A stretch of 63,859 nt of DNA, filler included, from Conidiobolus incongruus B7586 (Eukaryota): assembly GCA_000697335.1 (NCBI GenBank). It is 22 parts of 22 records of this genome, joined end to end, with 100 filler letters (N's around TTAATTAATTAA, not from the genome) between each part and the next. Parts side by side here need not be neighbours in the genome. Positions count along the whole stretch, not along the records: positions 12,442 to 16,251 come from JNEM01003844.1; positions 16,352 to 17,785 come from JNEM01003849.1; positions 17,886 to 19,101 come from JNEM01003850.1; positions 19,202 to 21,629 come from JNEM01003851.1; positions 21,730 to 29,237 come from JNEM01003852.1; 17 more parts are not named here. One strand, written 5' to 3'. Position 1 is the stretch's first letter. Each line of letters starts with the position of its first letter. Of the stretch, positions 12,638-28,100 are shown one piece after another. Made by a program: the position numbers and the translations under genes. The notes beneath the pieces were generated by a model. That model was not told the origin of the DNA, searched no databases, and saw only the letters and a program-made list of their open reading frames with translations.

Positions 12638-15600
12638 TGTTAATATAGTAATAAAAGGTTACCATTATAATATAAAAGAAAACTTGATATAAAAATCAAA
12701 TGGTATAGAATGTGATATTATAATATAGAATAGTAAACAAAGTTTAATTAAGCTTTAAATTTGGATATGTCATAAATTTATTAAAATATATATTAATTAA
12801 GGTTAATATACTATAATTCTAATTGATTATATTTTTAATCTTAGAAATAATGTAAAAGTAAAGAAATATTAAAAATTGAGAGAAAAAAGAAAACCCAGTT
12901 TATTTTATTATTTAATATTATTTATACAATTAATTTAATTATATTAATATAAATTAACTACATAATTTATGATTAATTAAAACTTAAAGAAATATATATA
13001 AGTATTCGAAAAATTAGTTTGTTAATAATTCCTTAGTAAATTTTTTAACAGAGAGACACTCATTAGATTTTTATAAAAAGCTATAATAAGCTAAAATATA
13101 ATAAATATTTTCTAAGGGTTCTTATATAGCTATTTTAATCAATTAATATATTTATTTTATATAAAAGTAAAGCTTATTCCTAATAAATTTAAATTTAACT
13201 ATATAATCAATATAATATTCTTTTTATCTAATTTAATTTATAATTAATTCTAGTTATAGGGTTTTAATTAATTAGCAAAAGTATTAAAATCTTTATCATA
13301 AGGTTTAATTTTGGATATATGAATGGTAAAGCTAATCCTGAAAATGAAAAGTAATTTTAAAAAAAATATTTTAAAAAATTAAATCAATAAATTAAAAATT
13401 ATAATTACTATAAATTAAAGTAAATATTTTGAATTTATACTAAAATAAAGTAAAATAAGTTTAAAAAGAGGTCATTGTAATTATATAATTTATTAATTTT
13501 GAATTAAAAAGGGTTTTTATATAAATTTGAAAATAATTATTCCATAATCTGTTAATTTTCTACTAAGTTAAATATAATATAAAAGTTAATATGCTTAATA
13601 TTAGATTAAAATTTAATAATAATTAAAAACATGATAATTTAAAGTTTTAAAGCAATTATTAAATTATTTTTGTTATAATTGATGAAATAAAAATTAAAAC
13701 CTGTAAATTTATTAATAAAGGTATTGAATGAATATTGAAGTTGGTGGATATAAATATCTTAATTTAACTCATTAATAGTAATATAAGTTTTAATTATTTG
13801 TTTTAAAACCTTAATAATTTTTTTAATATGTTTATTAATTTAATAGTGATTGATTGTAAATAAAACTAGATTAATTTTGATGGAAAAAATAAAAATATTA
13901 AAAAAAAAGTTAAATTACATATTTTTATTATACACCATAGTTTTTCAGAATTTTATATTATGTAAAAATATTAAAAAATGTTAATAATATAATTTCTTTA
14001 ATTATAACAGCTTTAATATAAAGAAAAAATCAATTATATTCAGAAAATGAATTAATTATAATTGATAAGTTATCATAACTATGTGTTGATTTAAGAATTT
14101 TTAAAAATTAAGTTAAATTTATTATTAAGTTTTAATAAAAATTATAAAGAAATAAGTATTATACTTTAATTCGATATTATATTTCATTTTGGAGTATATA
14201 TTACTAGTATTAAGATATTTCTGAATTAATTTAATTTGTAATGTTAATAATACTTAACTTATATTCACTTAATAATATTTAATTACTTTTAATATCCTCT
14301 GTTAAATAAGTTATAATATTCAATAAATATTACATATTAATTCTTAAGAATATTAAGAATATACAAGCAATCATCATAGTATAATAAGTTAGCAATAATT
14401 TTAATTCTTCTATTATTTTAATTGGTTTTTAATGAATTAAAGGATAATACTTTAATTGAAATAAAAAATTCATTATTTAATAAAATTTTTTATAGTTATT
14501 TAATTAATTTTTTATTTCTTTTATTAATTAACATAAATTTAATATTTAATAGGTTTATAGATTAAATTAAAAATGATAAGTAAATAAAATATCTTAATAA
14601 AGAATTTATAACATAATTTTACTATATTAAGGGATTCTTAATAAAGAAATGATAAGCTTAAATAATATTGATTTATTTAACTTATCTTTTTAATTAATTT
14701 TTTTAAGTATTTATATAAATAAGTTATTTATAATTTATAAATGTTAAAAGATTATAAGATAAAAAAATATAAGGGATTTTGATTATTTATACTTAAATAA
14801 ACAATTTTATTCATAAACAAAATATTTTAATTTAGTTAGCTTTAATATTTTTAACTAGAATGATTTTTAACTTTAAGGTATTATTAATAAAATTAGACCT
14901 AATTTATTCTATTTTATATATTATATTATTTCATAATTAAAGGGTAAAATATAAATTAAATTTAAATTAGGTTTATTATCTACCAATTTATAAAAAAATT
15001 AATTTTAGTAAAAATAATGGTTGGTAGTTTTAAATTAAAAATAAATAAAATAAAAAAATTATTGAAATAAAAAATTAAAGTATTTATTTAAATAGTATAA
15101 AATAGGGTTTATTTAAAAAATGAGTTTAGTTGAAAAGATTGGATAAAAAAATTATAAGTTTAATAAAAAACAATATCTCTAAAATAAATCAGCAAATTAA
15201 TTATAAATATAAGTTAATCTTTGTTTATAAATTTAGTAAAAGCAATTATACCATTTATTTTAGTTAAATCAATATAAATCTTTTGGAAAAAACAATATAA
15301 TTTAAAAAAAAATAAAAGGAATATTAAAATATATTTTCATAATTCTAAAAGTAATTTATATTCTTTAATAATTTATAAAGCTTAATAAATATATTAAATA
15401 TAATTTTCATTAATTTTGAAATAGATTATAATACAATCAAAATAAGTAATAATAAATCTATTAAAAACAAATATAAAAAGAAAATTGATGAATTAAGTGA
15501 AAGTTATAAAGGTATTTCACAATCCAAAGTTCATAATATTAAATTTATAATTGGTTAAAAAAATTTTGTAAATAATTAAAAAAATATAATTAAATTTAAA

Positions 15601-16251
15601 TTTAATATTGGAATATCTATATCTAATATCTAATTTAGTGATAATAATTGATTTGAGTAATTTATCCTTAATATTATCTAGGATTAATAAATATTTATCG
15701 TTAATAATTTTAAATTTTAAAACTTAGTTATTAATAGATAATCTTTAACCATTATTAACCATTTTATATAAAAAGAATAAAAAATTTGTATAATGATAAA
15801 AAAGGTTTAATATATTTATTTTCAAGTTATTTTTAGATTTTTTTTTGATGTTTAGTATTATTTAAGCCATAAATAATCAATAAGCTTTGGGTAAAATTAT
15901 ATATTAAAAACAAATTTAATTTTTTATTCAATAATATTTTTAGAGTTTAATTTATTTAAAAGTTAAAAGATTTAAGCATATTAAGTTATTGTATTATATA
16001 AGAAATGATTATTAAATATAACCATTAAACTTAACTAATAAAATATTAATAAATAAATAATAAGTAAATATATATCCTTAAAATTTTTTAATATTTTTAT
16101 TTAATTGTTTATATTAATTTTTATTTGAAATAATAAAATTATATGCTATAATTATAAAGTTAGTATTAAGTTAAATATTTAGTTCATTTATTTTAAGATT
16201 AAATAAATTTTTTAAGTTTAATTCTATTAATTTCTTTTATAATTTATAAAA
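12638..16251 (-). mobile_element. Ty3/gypsy chromovirus (family C) relic: 3' LTR plus chromodomain-integrase-RNase H-RT
   Basis: 12638-13027 is the reverse complement of the 38604/43902 LTR (TGTTAA terminus at 12638). It is followed by a PPT complement (ATTCCTT) and sequence colinear with about 40570-43900. Confidence 0.88.
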
Positions 16252-16351
16252 NNNNNNNNNNNNNNNNNNNNNNNNNNNNNNNNNNNNNNNNNNNNTTAAT
16301 TAATTAANNNNNNNNNNNNNNNNNNNNNNNNNNNNNNNNNNNNNNNNNNNN

Positions 16352-17785
16352 TTACTTATATATTTACCTATATCTTAAATAACTCTTAATTAAATAAATT
16401 TAAATTAAAATATATAATTTATCTATATTAGTTGATTATAACTAACTATATTTGATTATATTTCATTAATTATTGGTTGATATATTAAAACCTAAAATTT
16501 AACCAAGATGAGTTATAAATATATAGGTTTATATATTAAAAGGATATAAATAATAAAACTTATATATATTTTTTTCTTTTATTATATTATATATAATAAA
16601 ATTATTAAGCTAATATTTTAAAATTAATATTATAATATCTAAATCTCTCTTTAAAAAAATTCACTTATATATTAATTAACTTCATAATAATAATAAATCA
16701 ACTTATAAGATTATTAAAATTACTAGTGTTAGCTAATCTACTATAATTAGGGTTATCAAGAACAATATTAAAAAAACCTAAATTAAAACTTAAGTATGTT
16801 AAAATTATAGATAAATATAATAAAAAGTATATTTATAGATTAATTAGTATATGTAAGTATAATATAATTATAAAAGTATAACAAAGATTATAAGATTATA
16901 TAAGAATATAAATTAATATTAATATTATTATATATGTTTTATATTAAAATAGATACTACTTATACTTTAAGAAAAAACACTCTTAACTAAAGAAATTTTA
17001 TCATAAAATTAAGTGGGAGTTTAAATACCAATATTAAAATTAAATTAAAATTAACTGGAGTAAAATTATTTAATCTAATAAAATAAAGATATATGTTAAT
17101 AAATTTAATAAAAAAACTAGATGTTTTAAAAAAGATAAAAGACTACTTTATGACTATTATATTATTATAACCTAAAAATATAATAATAGGTTAATTATAA
17201 TTTAAGGATATATATTATCTTTAAGTTTAAAATGTTTTTGTAGGGTTGATAGGGAAATTAATATTGATATGTATTAAAATATTTTAAACAATAAATTAAA
17301 AAAACTATTGAGTAATATAAGTTAAATATATCAAATATTATTTTCTAACAAAATAATACCTTTTATTATATTATAAATTTTATTATTAAATAGCTAAAAA
17401 ATAACAAAATAATTATTATAAAATAATCTCTTTAATCTCTTAATCTTAATTTAATTAAATATTTTTATAATCACCTAAAAAAATCAATTAAATATTTCCC
17501 CCCAGTAAAAAATTTAAATCAACTTTAAGAATATATTCAAGAAACTTAGAATAATATTAGCTTTATTTAATATAAGAACCTAGTTGACTCTATACCTTAT
17601 AAACTTAAAAAAGTTAGAAAAGCAAAAAATAGATATATTAGATATTAATTTTTCTATTAATATTAAAACCCAAAAACTTATAACTTATTTTAAATATATT
17701 TTTAGTTTTAATATATCAATTAATAGATAATTAAATTTAATTTCATATATTATATTATAAATAAAAAATATATATTAATTATATA
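16352..17785 (+). mobile_element. Tc1-like (family A) relic filling the contig
   Basis: Colinear with 31665-33050. Inner DR GATGAGTTATAAAT at about 16507, and AAGAAAAAACACTCTTAACTAAAG and DWSKIIxSN motif relics. Confidence 0.88.
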
Positions 17786-17940
17786 NNNNNNNNNNNNNNN
17801 NNNNNNNNNNNNNNNNNNNNNNNNNNNNNTTAATTAATTAANNNNNNNNNNNNNNNNNNNNNNNNNNNNNNNNNNNNNNNNNNNNTAAATAAATTTTAAT
17901 TAATATATTTTCATTTGTTTATAAAGTATAAAATATATTA

Positions 17941-19101
17941 TTAATATAGAAATAAGATAATGGCATAATTTTAAAATTAAAATTAAATAAATAAATTAAT
18001 ATAGAATATATAAATTGAAATAAATAATATAAAATTAATAGCTTCTTTTATTATTAATAACTTTTTTTATATTTTTGGTAAATTTCAAATATTTAAAAAA
18101 GAATTCCATTTATTAAAGACTTAAATTTGATATTTTACAAACTAATTTAATTTATTAACAAGAATTTTTTTTCTTGTAAGATGATTTTTTAATTGTCTAA
18201 AATAATTATAATTAAGTGAGTATATTAGATCTGATAACTCTCTCTAGTTTTTTTATATAAAAAATTTTTTATAGCTTTGGTTTTATAAATTTTATAAATA
18301 TCATGCAAAATAATAAATATCCTTAATTTATATTAAAAACACCATTTAAAAATTATTTTACTTAAAAAATAATATATAATTTACTATTAATTAATTTTTC
18401 TTAAGTTATAAAATAAAAAAAACGATATATTATTATAATTTATGATTATAATTAATATTTAGTTATATTTAAAATATTTATTCATCAGAATTTATAAAGT
18501 GGATTAATTTAACTTAACCTAATATTTTGTTTTATTTTTAAATAGAGATTTATATAAAACAATTAAAGATTTATTAATTATAAGTATCTATTATATAAAC
18601 CTTTGTTTTTGGTTATATCTTAATAAGTCTAATTTAGCTATAATTATTTTAATTTTTTTTAGGCTATTGTTGTTTTATAAAATATATATTTTATATTTTT
18701 ATTGATTAATCTAAGTTTAAATTTAAGTCAATATAATATACTTATATAGTTAATATTAAATAACTTTAATAATTCTTTAACTAAAATAAAAGTATATTTC
18801 TTAATAATCTTTTTACTTTATTAGTTAGTAAAAAATTAATTATAGAAATTAATTTTTTAAATTTTAATAAATTTTGAATAATGTCCTTTCTAGTTTTAAA
18901 TAATAAATCTAATAATATATAGTAGTTTTAGATAAAACATTATTTATATAAGCTATTTATAAGTTTTAAATGATTTTAAAAAGTTTATAATTAAGTGTTT
19001 AAGATATAAAAATAAAAATTTTTTGATAATTACTATTTAATTAAAATATGATTAAATTTAAATATAAAATTTAAAATCAAAATATTTTAATAAAAAAAAT
19101 A
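17941..19101 (-). mobile_element. mariner-like (family B, subfamily 2) relic
   Basis: Terminus TA-TTAATATAGAAATAAGATAATGGCA resembles the opposite TIR of the copy ending at 52748. The body is colinear with 51650-52610. Confidence 0.8.
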
Positions 19102-22100
19102 NNNNNNNNNNNNNNNNNNNNNNNNNNNNNNNNNNNNNNNNNNNNTTAATTAATTAANNNNNNNNNNNNNNNNNNNNNNNNNNNNNNNNNNNNNNNNNNN
19201 NTTTTTAAAAAAAAATTATATAAAGAAAATATATTATCAATAATTAATATTTATTAGGAAAAACTTTATTTATTATTATACGTTTAAATTATCAATAACT
19301 AATTTAGATTTTTCCTAAGTTATGATTAAATGATGTGATTTTCATTATATATTTCAATAATACATTTAATTTTAAATTAAAATAATATTTTTAAAAAATT
19401 GATATTTAATAGTTATAATAATTCTTAAACTAAAATAAAAGGTTATCGGTCAATATAATTTTGTTTCTCAATTTAAAAATGAGAAATTAAAAATAGATTT
19501 TAATTTTAAATTTTCGAATATTTTAAATAATATTCCTACTCTCTTGGAAATTACAAATCGAGCAATATATGGTAAATTTGAATCAAATATCATATTTATA
19601 AATTATTTGTAAGTCTTACATTATTTTATTAAACTTATGGTTAAATTTTAGGGATATAATAATAAAAGTCTTTTTTATCATTGTTTAGCTAAACTATTAT
19701 TGAATTTGTAATTAAATCTTCAATTCAAAATATCACAAAAAATGATGATTGAATTAATATATATAATATGGAAATATTCATTTTCTAATATAATATATAA
19801 TTTACTAGTTTTTGAATATTTGAAATATATTTGGAATAACTCAAATGAAAACTTAAAATACTATAATTGAAAATTAATAACATAAAATTTTAATTTATCG
19901 TAATTTTAAAATTATATTCACTTAATATTTATATTGTGAGAAAATATATTTTATAAAGTATTTCATATAATATTTTTTATATTAAATAAATAGGATTTCT
20001 TATTATATTATATTTTATTAAATTCATAAAATTTTTTGAGAATTACTTATCCAAAATAAAAATATTTTAATTAGATTAATATATTATTGAATAATGATAA
20101 TATTTATTATAATATAAATTTGAAATTACAAATCATAGTAAATAAAAAATATAGAAAAAAAATCATTTAAAATCATATTAATAAGCAAATCAAGTTATAA
20201 CTATATATGAATCTATAGGCTAAAAATAATAAATAATATGAATATTCCTATTAAATGAATATAATTAATTCATTTTAATTGTCTTTTTATAATAAATTTT
20301 TTGAAATCTGAAATTTAAATAAGTGAAAATTTTTTTGATTATAATATTTTATATATTTGATAAATAAATAAAAAATTATATAATTTGTTATCAAAAACTA
20401 TATTATTAAATGATATTTTATTTTAATTAAATTATCAGGGTTAACTTATTTATGAATAATCATTTAAATTGATATTATTACCTTTTAATTATAACATGTA
20501 TATATTGATATATTTTTATTATGTTTTATATATTTAATTATTTTCAGATGTATATTATAATAAAAAAAATTAGATTGTAATTTATTATATTATTATCAAA
20601 ATCTCTATTTTTACAGATATTTATTGAATAAGACAAATTTTAATAAAATTTCAATAATTTTTTTAAACTCCACTGACCAATATTTAAAAGAGAATAATTA
20701 TATAATATATTCAAGGTTGAGAATAAAAATTATAATTATACATATTATATTATTTGATTCCGGATAATTTAAATATAGTAATTGATTTTATATTTTCCAA
20801 ATTATTTTGTTTTTTATTTTATTAATAGTTTTAATTAGTTATATTGAGAAAGGTAAATGATTATAAATAAATATAAAATATTTATTATATCTTGAAAAAA
20901 TAAAATATATTTTTGAGATTATTAAAATAAATATTTTTAAATTTAGTAAATTTATTGAATTTGAAAAAATAAATTCAAAAGAAATTTTATGGTTATAGAG
21001 ATTGATAAAATATAATCAAATAACGTTATTTATAACAATTATTAATAAAAAAGTATTATATATATTTATTGATAAATAAACAATAGAATTTTGCAAAGAT
21101 TATATTAACATTAATTTTTATATTTAAATAAATTTTTGATAAAAATAATATGATTAAATTATTTTTTAGTAGACAAAAATATATTAATTTTCGAAATAGA
21201 ATATAATTATCACATAATAATTATCAAATATTAAAAAATTTAAATTAATAATATTTCATGTAGTATTATTATCTTGCTATCTATTTATTATTATTTTATT
21301 ATTCTGGGCAAAGTTAATATATCTGAAAAATTCTAATATAAGATAAAATCAAATCAAAATCTACTAAATAATAATATTATAATGATTTAAGAAACCAGCT
21401 TTTGTAATAGTTTTGAATATTATGATTAATAGATTTTTTGATTAGAATATTAATAAATTATATTTTTACATTAAAATGATGAACCATTAATAATACGATA
21501 GTTATTTTATTCTCTTAATTATATTTGCTAATTTTAAACAATATAATTAATAATCATATAACAAAAGAATGAATAATTTATAAATGATACAAAGACAAAA
21601 TATTAATATTATATTTAATAAATATACTANNNNNNNNNNNNNNNNNNNNNNNNNNNNNNNNNNNNNNNNNNNNTTAATTAATTAANNNNNNNNNNNNNNN
21701 NNNNNNNNNNNNNNNNNNNNNNNNNNNNNATACTATTTATTATAATCAATAATAATATTTATAAATAATATTTTAAAAAAGTTTAGATATTATGATTTTG
21801 ATAATAAAAAGTTTTATTTGTGAGAAAATATCTATATATTTTGAAGAATATTTATTTTTTGAATAATATATCTGTTGATATTTTAATTATTTTTAATTAT
21901 GGAAATTTAGATGATTCAATTTAATTGCATTCTTTAAACATTACCATCTAAATATTAAATGATTGAAAATTTTTGATAAATCAACCACTATTATGATATT
22001 TGTTCTTGTAAATAATTGATAATAACTCTATCATTATGAGTATTAAAAATTTTTTATAATAACGACAATGATTTGTAAATTGAAATTATGTTAAATTTTA

Positions 22101-25100
22101 TATTTTTATGTAAAATTATTTTATTATTCCACAATTTATATAAATATATTAATCAAAAACTTAAAAATATTATTATTACAAAATATAAGACCTTTATATC
22201 TTTGAAAATATTATATTTTATTATTTTTAATACTTAAATTTAAAACAAAGGAATTTAATTTTATTCATTTTTATATTGAAAGAAAATTTCTAAATTAAAG
22301 TGTAAATCAGAAATATTTATTCAAATATTTATCATTCGTGAAAAATGATTTTGTATTAATACAGAACAAGATATAAATGAATTCACAATCAAATAGCAAA
22401 GTTATAAGATTAATGTAAAATATTATAAAATTTATTTTGAATTCTAAACAAATGTAAAAACAATTAATAAAAATATAATTATAAAATCGTTTTGTTTACC
22501 AATATTTAATTAACCAAATTTTAAGGAAAAAAAATTATATATAATAATTATTATAAATAATATTTATTAGTGATTATATCATATAAATTAAATTATTTAT
22601 TAGATAATCAAATGCAAAATATTCTTTAAATCAAACATTAAAATATGATAAATGATGAAAAATAATAATTGATAATTATATGATAAATTTATATAAATTA
22701 GTAAATCAAACTATTGTTAATCAATTGAAAATGTCTAAATAAATAAATAAATTACATATACAATTCATATGGTATTATAATAATGGCGAAGTATATTTAA
22801 TTATTAAAACAAATATATATTTAAAAATTCATTAAAATTGTCAAATAATTTTATAAAATAATAATTTATAATAAGATATAACGAATATTTATTTAATTAA
22901 CATAATTTTTTCAAAAATATATAAATTAAATATTATTATTATTCAATTATTAATATAAAAATATTGTATATAAAAGCAAATGATTTATTCAAATGAATAC
23001 ATTATTGACTGATATTTTTTATATCCAAATGATATTGATTTAAAAAAAAATTTTTATAATAATTAATATAAAAATGTTTCTTTTTATAATTTCAATAATT
23101 AATTTATTTAAACAAATGTTTTAATTTTTTAATATTTGAAGTCAAAGATATATATAATATTATATGAATTTTTTCATAGTATTTGAATAATAATATATTT
23201 TTTTTACTTTTGAAAAAAATCAGACTATAAAATTTAATATGAAATAAGGAAATTTAAAATTCGAATTAATATAAAAATATGTTTTGAATAATTGTTTAAA
23301 GTGATGAATTGATTAAACAAATTAAAAGTATGAATTTATGGATATTTTATAATTTAACTTTGGCAAACAAAATTAAAAAGTAGAATAAAATATTTATCAA
23401 TTAATGATTAAATTTGATAAAATAATAGTGAATAATATTTTTTAATCAATTAGTAATATAATAATTTCAATTATCATAGTAATTATAAATTAATTATATA
23501 ATTTAATGTAATTTTATTATTCCAGAGTTATATTACAATTTTCAAGCTTATTACTTGAAATAAATTTTATTATAAAATATACATAAAAGATTATTTTGTT
23601 ATTATCAACTAATAACTTAAGATTAAAACAGTTAGTTAATTGCAATCTGATATACAAAAATATTATACTCAAAATAATAAATTGAATCAAAAAATGCTAT
23701 TTTAAAAATTTTAATAATTAATTATCTTGATTCAATTATTTAAAAATTGATGAAATTGGTTTATTGAAAATTAGATTATTAAAATATAACTATATATTGT
23801 TAAAAAGATTATATCATATTTAATAATAATCAATGTCAAAACTATAATAAAAAAGTTATTAAAAAAATTTATATTTTATTCTAAAATTAGATGTAATTTT
23901 TAATATTATATAATACTATAAATTATTTACTTATGACATAATATATTAAATTCATTTTTGTTGTATAATTAATTTTTCTTTTTGTTATATCAGTAAAAAT
24001 TTTAATTGAAAATATATGTGTAACTAATTAATCAATATTATTATTAATAATGTTTATATATATTGATTTAAGATATGAAATATTAAATTCATGTTTATAT
24101 ATTGTAATTTTAATACTAATCAAAAATATCATATCAATTTTATTATTTGAAAATTACATTTTGTATTATAATCCACACAAACTCTAAAAATAATATAAAA
24201 TTTTCATATTCAATGATTTGATTTTAATTAAGCTAATTATCAAATAATTAAATTTTTTACGAATTAGAATTACTAGAGTAAATAAAAAATTCAGTTTTAT
24301 CCATTATATTTAATAAACATCAAAAATAATAATAAATTTTTAATAAATTTGAAATGATTATGATATTAAGTTATATCATTAATAAATTTCAACATTAATT
24401 TTAATAATGACTTGTATTAGAAATTCAAATAATATGGTAAAAGGATATTTTCATTCCTCAATAACAATATCTCAAAATCTCTAGTTAATTAAATAATATC
24501 AATACAACAATTTCAATATTAATTCAATTTAAAATAATATTGATATAGAAACTCAATTAATACAACTTTTGTGAAATATTATTAAGTTATATTGATAGAT
24601 AATTAATTAAAATTTGATTAAATCATTTCAATTATATAAAATATAAAAAGAGATTTTATTACAAAATATATTGTACTTATAAAAACAAATAATATGATAA
24701 AATTATTTTCAGATTTTCTTAAATACAAATACTATATTTAGTTATAAAAATTCCAATTATAATGTTATTATTGAATATTTGGTTATCATAATATAAGTTT
24801 GAATATAAATGTCGAATTTTTAAAAATATAATACATTGTTATTATTTATGGTGAAAATAAAATTATAATAGAAAATAGAAAATTCATATAATTAATTCAT
24901 TGTTTAAAAATTATATAAAGTAATTATAAAAAATATAAAATCATAAGTTCAATTTTGATATAAAATTATATTTTTACTGTAATAGTTTCAATTATTAATA
25001 TTTTCCATTTCTATATTTTAATTGTATTCATATTGAATTTTAAATAATATCAATATTGAAGATTTATTATTTTATTAACTTAGAGTTAATAATCATTCAA

Positions 25101-28100
25101 AAGTAGATATGTAAGTTTATAGAAATTATAGAATTACAATCTTGGTATTTTTCCATATGAAAATTCAAAAAAAAATATCAACCATATCATTATATATATT
25201 ATTAAATATAACTTTTGCTACATTGAATATTATTATTCAAGATGATTTATAAATATTATTTATTTTCTACTTTTCTGAAAAATATTTGATAAATTTTTAT
25301 TCAAATTTCAATTAATTATGAATTTATATAATTAATTATTTATGATGTTCTAATCATTTTATTTTTATGACAAAAATATAGATTAAATTTAAAATTCATT
25401 GATTAAATAGTAATCAAATCATGCCTATATAAAATATACAAAATAATATTAAAACTTATAGATTAAACATATTATAATAATAATTCAATAATTTATATAT
25501 TGTAATTTTCAATATATTTTGAAAAATTTTTTTCTAGATAGTGGGTTAAATAAATAATTATTACTAAATTGATAGTTATGATATCTGAAAGTAAAAATAA
25601 AATGAAAATACATTAAATTTTCAATCAATCAATATATTTTTGGTAAAATTGAATTATAAAATCATGTCTAAAAAACAATTTTACAATAAAATATATTAAA
25701 AATAAAAGTTTAAGTTTCTAATATTTCTTGATATTTGAATTACTCTAAATATTAAAAAATCAAATTAACTTGGAACTCTAATAGTCATAGTTCAAATTAA
25801 TGGTTTACAAATTATATTTTATTGTTAATATTTCATTTATTAATATTTAAAAGAATATATTTTGGATAATTATATGACCCTTAAATATTTTTACATTTTA
25901 CAAACCAAATGGAATTTCAATATTTTATAAAAAATTATATTAAGTTTTGGAGTATAAGACTTAAAATATTTTAGTATATTGTAATAATTTTTGGTTATAT
26001 AAATTAATGATAAATTTGTTTAAAATAATATTATCAAAATAACAAATTGATAAAGTATTTCATATAAATATTTATTTTTTACATTAACATTCAAATGCTT
26101 AAATATTATAATATATATTCAAAATAATTTCATACAGTACTAAATGTGATTTTACATATCTGACACAATAAAAATTCAGAATGATTATGATCGTTGTTGG
26201 AAAATAATTTGCAATGAAAAAATTTAATTTTAGAGTGAACGTCACTTCAATTACTTACATTGCTATTATTTGATAAAATTTAATTACTTTTGGTGTATAA
26301 GTCAATACAAATGATAATACAATCAGATAAAAAATTAGATATTGAATTCAATTCATTTAAATAATTTTATTATTAAATGATAATTGATAAGTTCCTTGTT
26401 TTTTTTAATAACAACAGAATGATGTTTATTAAACCACTAGATTGAAATTATTTAATTATCAGTTTTTATATAATAAGATATATTATATTTTAATCAAATT
26501 TTGGAATAAATTTTGAAAAGTATTAAATTACATTAAAAATATCAGAATCAAAATAATTCAATGATGATTAATTGGTATGAATATTATTATTAAGGTTGAG
26601 AATTTATGTTTATTCTATAACAAAATGATAGTACAATATTTCGTATTCAATTATATAAATTTTAATCATTAAATTTATAAATATGATTATAATCAAATAT
26701 ATTATTTGCAAATTTTACTAAAATATTTTTAGCATTTATATTTGATAGGTGATTATAAAATAAATTATTCTTTTATTTTTCATACATAATTTCGAAAATT
26801 TATTCTTTTCAAAAAAAAAAATAAATATTATTAAATATGATTGATATGATAAAAAAAAGTCTTAAAAATTATCTATTTATATCCAAATAAATGGGAAAAT
26901 AGATCGAAATAATATTGTATAAAAGATTAATTATGAAATAAAATAAATAATAAATATTTTAAATACTCTTTGTTAATAGGAAATATCCCAATTATCTATG
27001 TTCTAAAAAATATATATTTAAATTCATTTAAATTGCGAATATAAAATAGTTTGAATAGTTTTTACTCTCAAAATTATCCCTAATTGTATATTATCAAATT
27101 GAATATTTTTTATTAATTATTTTATTATTTGAAATAATCTCATCAAATCGTGTCAATTTCTTATACTAATTTGAAATATTATTATATATCAAAATATATA
27201 AATTATAATAAACATTAATTTTGATATATATTAATTCTTACAAATATTATATATAATTTGAATATATTTATTAATATTAAATTTTAATTTGACTAATTTT
27301 TTATTATAATATTAGTAATTAAAATTAAATACCTAATTTTTTTACTAAATCCAAATTTTAATATTTAAATTTTAAAAAATATAAATTATATTATAATTTC
27401 TATAAATAAATTAAGTGCCAATTATATTATAATGTTTTATAAGCTTGCAATTAAAGAAGACAATTTAAGATCTTTTAATTTCAAGTTGATATCATAAAAA
27501 AATTGAATTGCTAAATAATTATTACAAAAAATAAAAATTCCAAAATTCAACATAGTAGAAATGATGTACTTTTTAATATTTACAAAAAACATTTGGTTTG
27601 CAAAAATTATATTAAACTTTTTAATTTTAATTTATTAAAAAACAACAGATAAGATAGGCGTTTATTGATATTATTTTATTTTTAGTTAAATTAATGATTT
27701 AAAATTTAATTGATTAATTATTCATTACTTCAGTTTTTTATTTATTTCACTACAACTTTTGATTTATTATTTTTAAGATTTATAAAAAATAATTTAAAAT
27801 TTTAATTGTTTTTGAATTTTGCTGAATTTATTACATAATAAATATTACATAATTTCAAATTTTATTTTATTTTATTCATCAAGGTTATATCAATTTGTAA
27901 ATAATTTTATAATTAATCAAATATAAGCATATAAACACTTATATTTTGATAAATAATAACAAAATTGAAATTTTAATTATCCAAAACTAAGATCGAAATA
28001 AAATTTTTGCTTCAAATATAATGAATTAGAATTGTGAAAATTATTGATGGAAAATTATTCAATTGAAAAATTGCTGATAATCTTATTTGAATCAAAAAAT

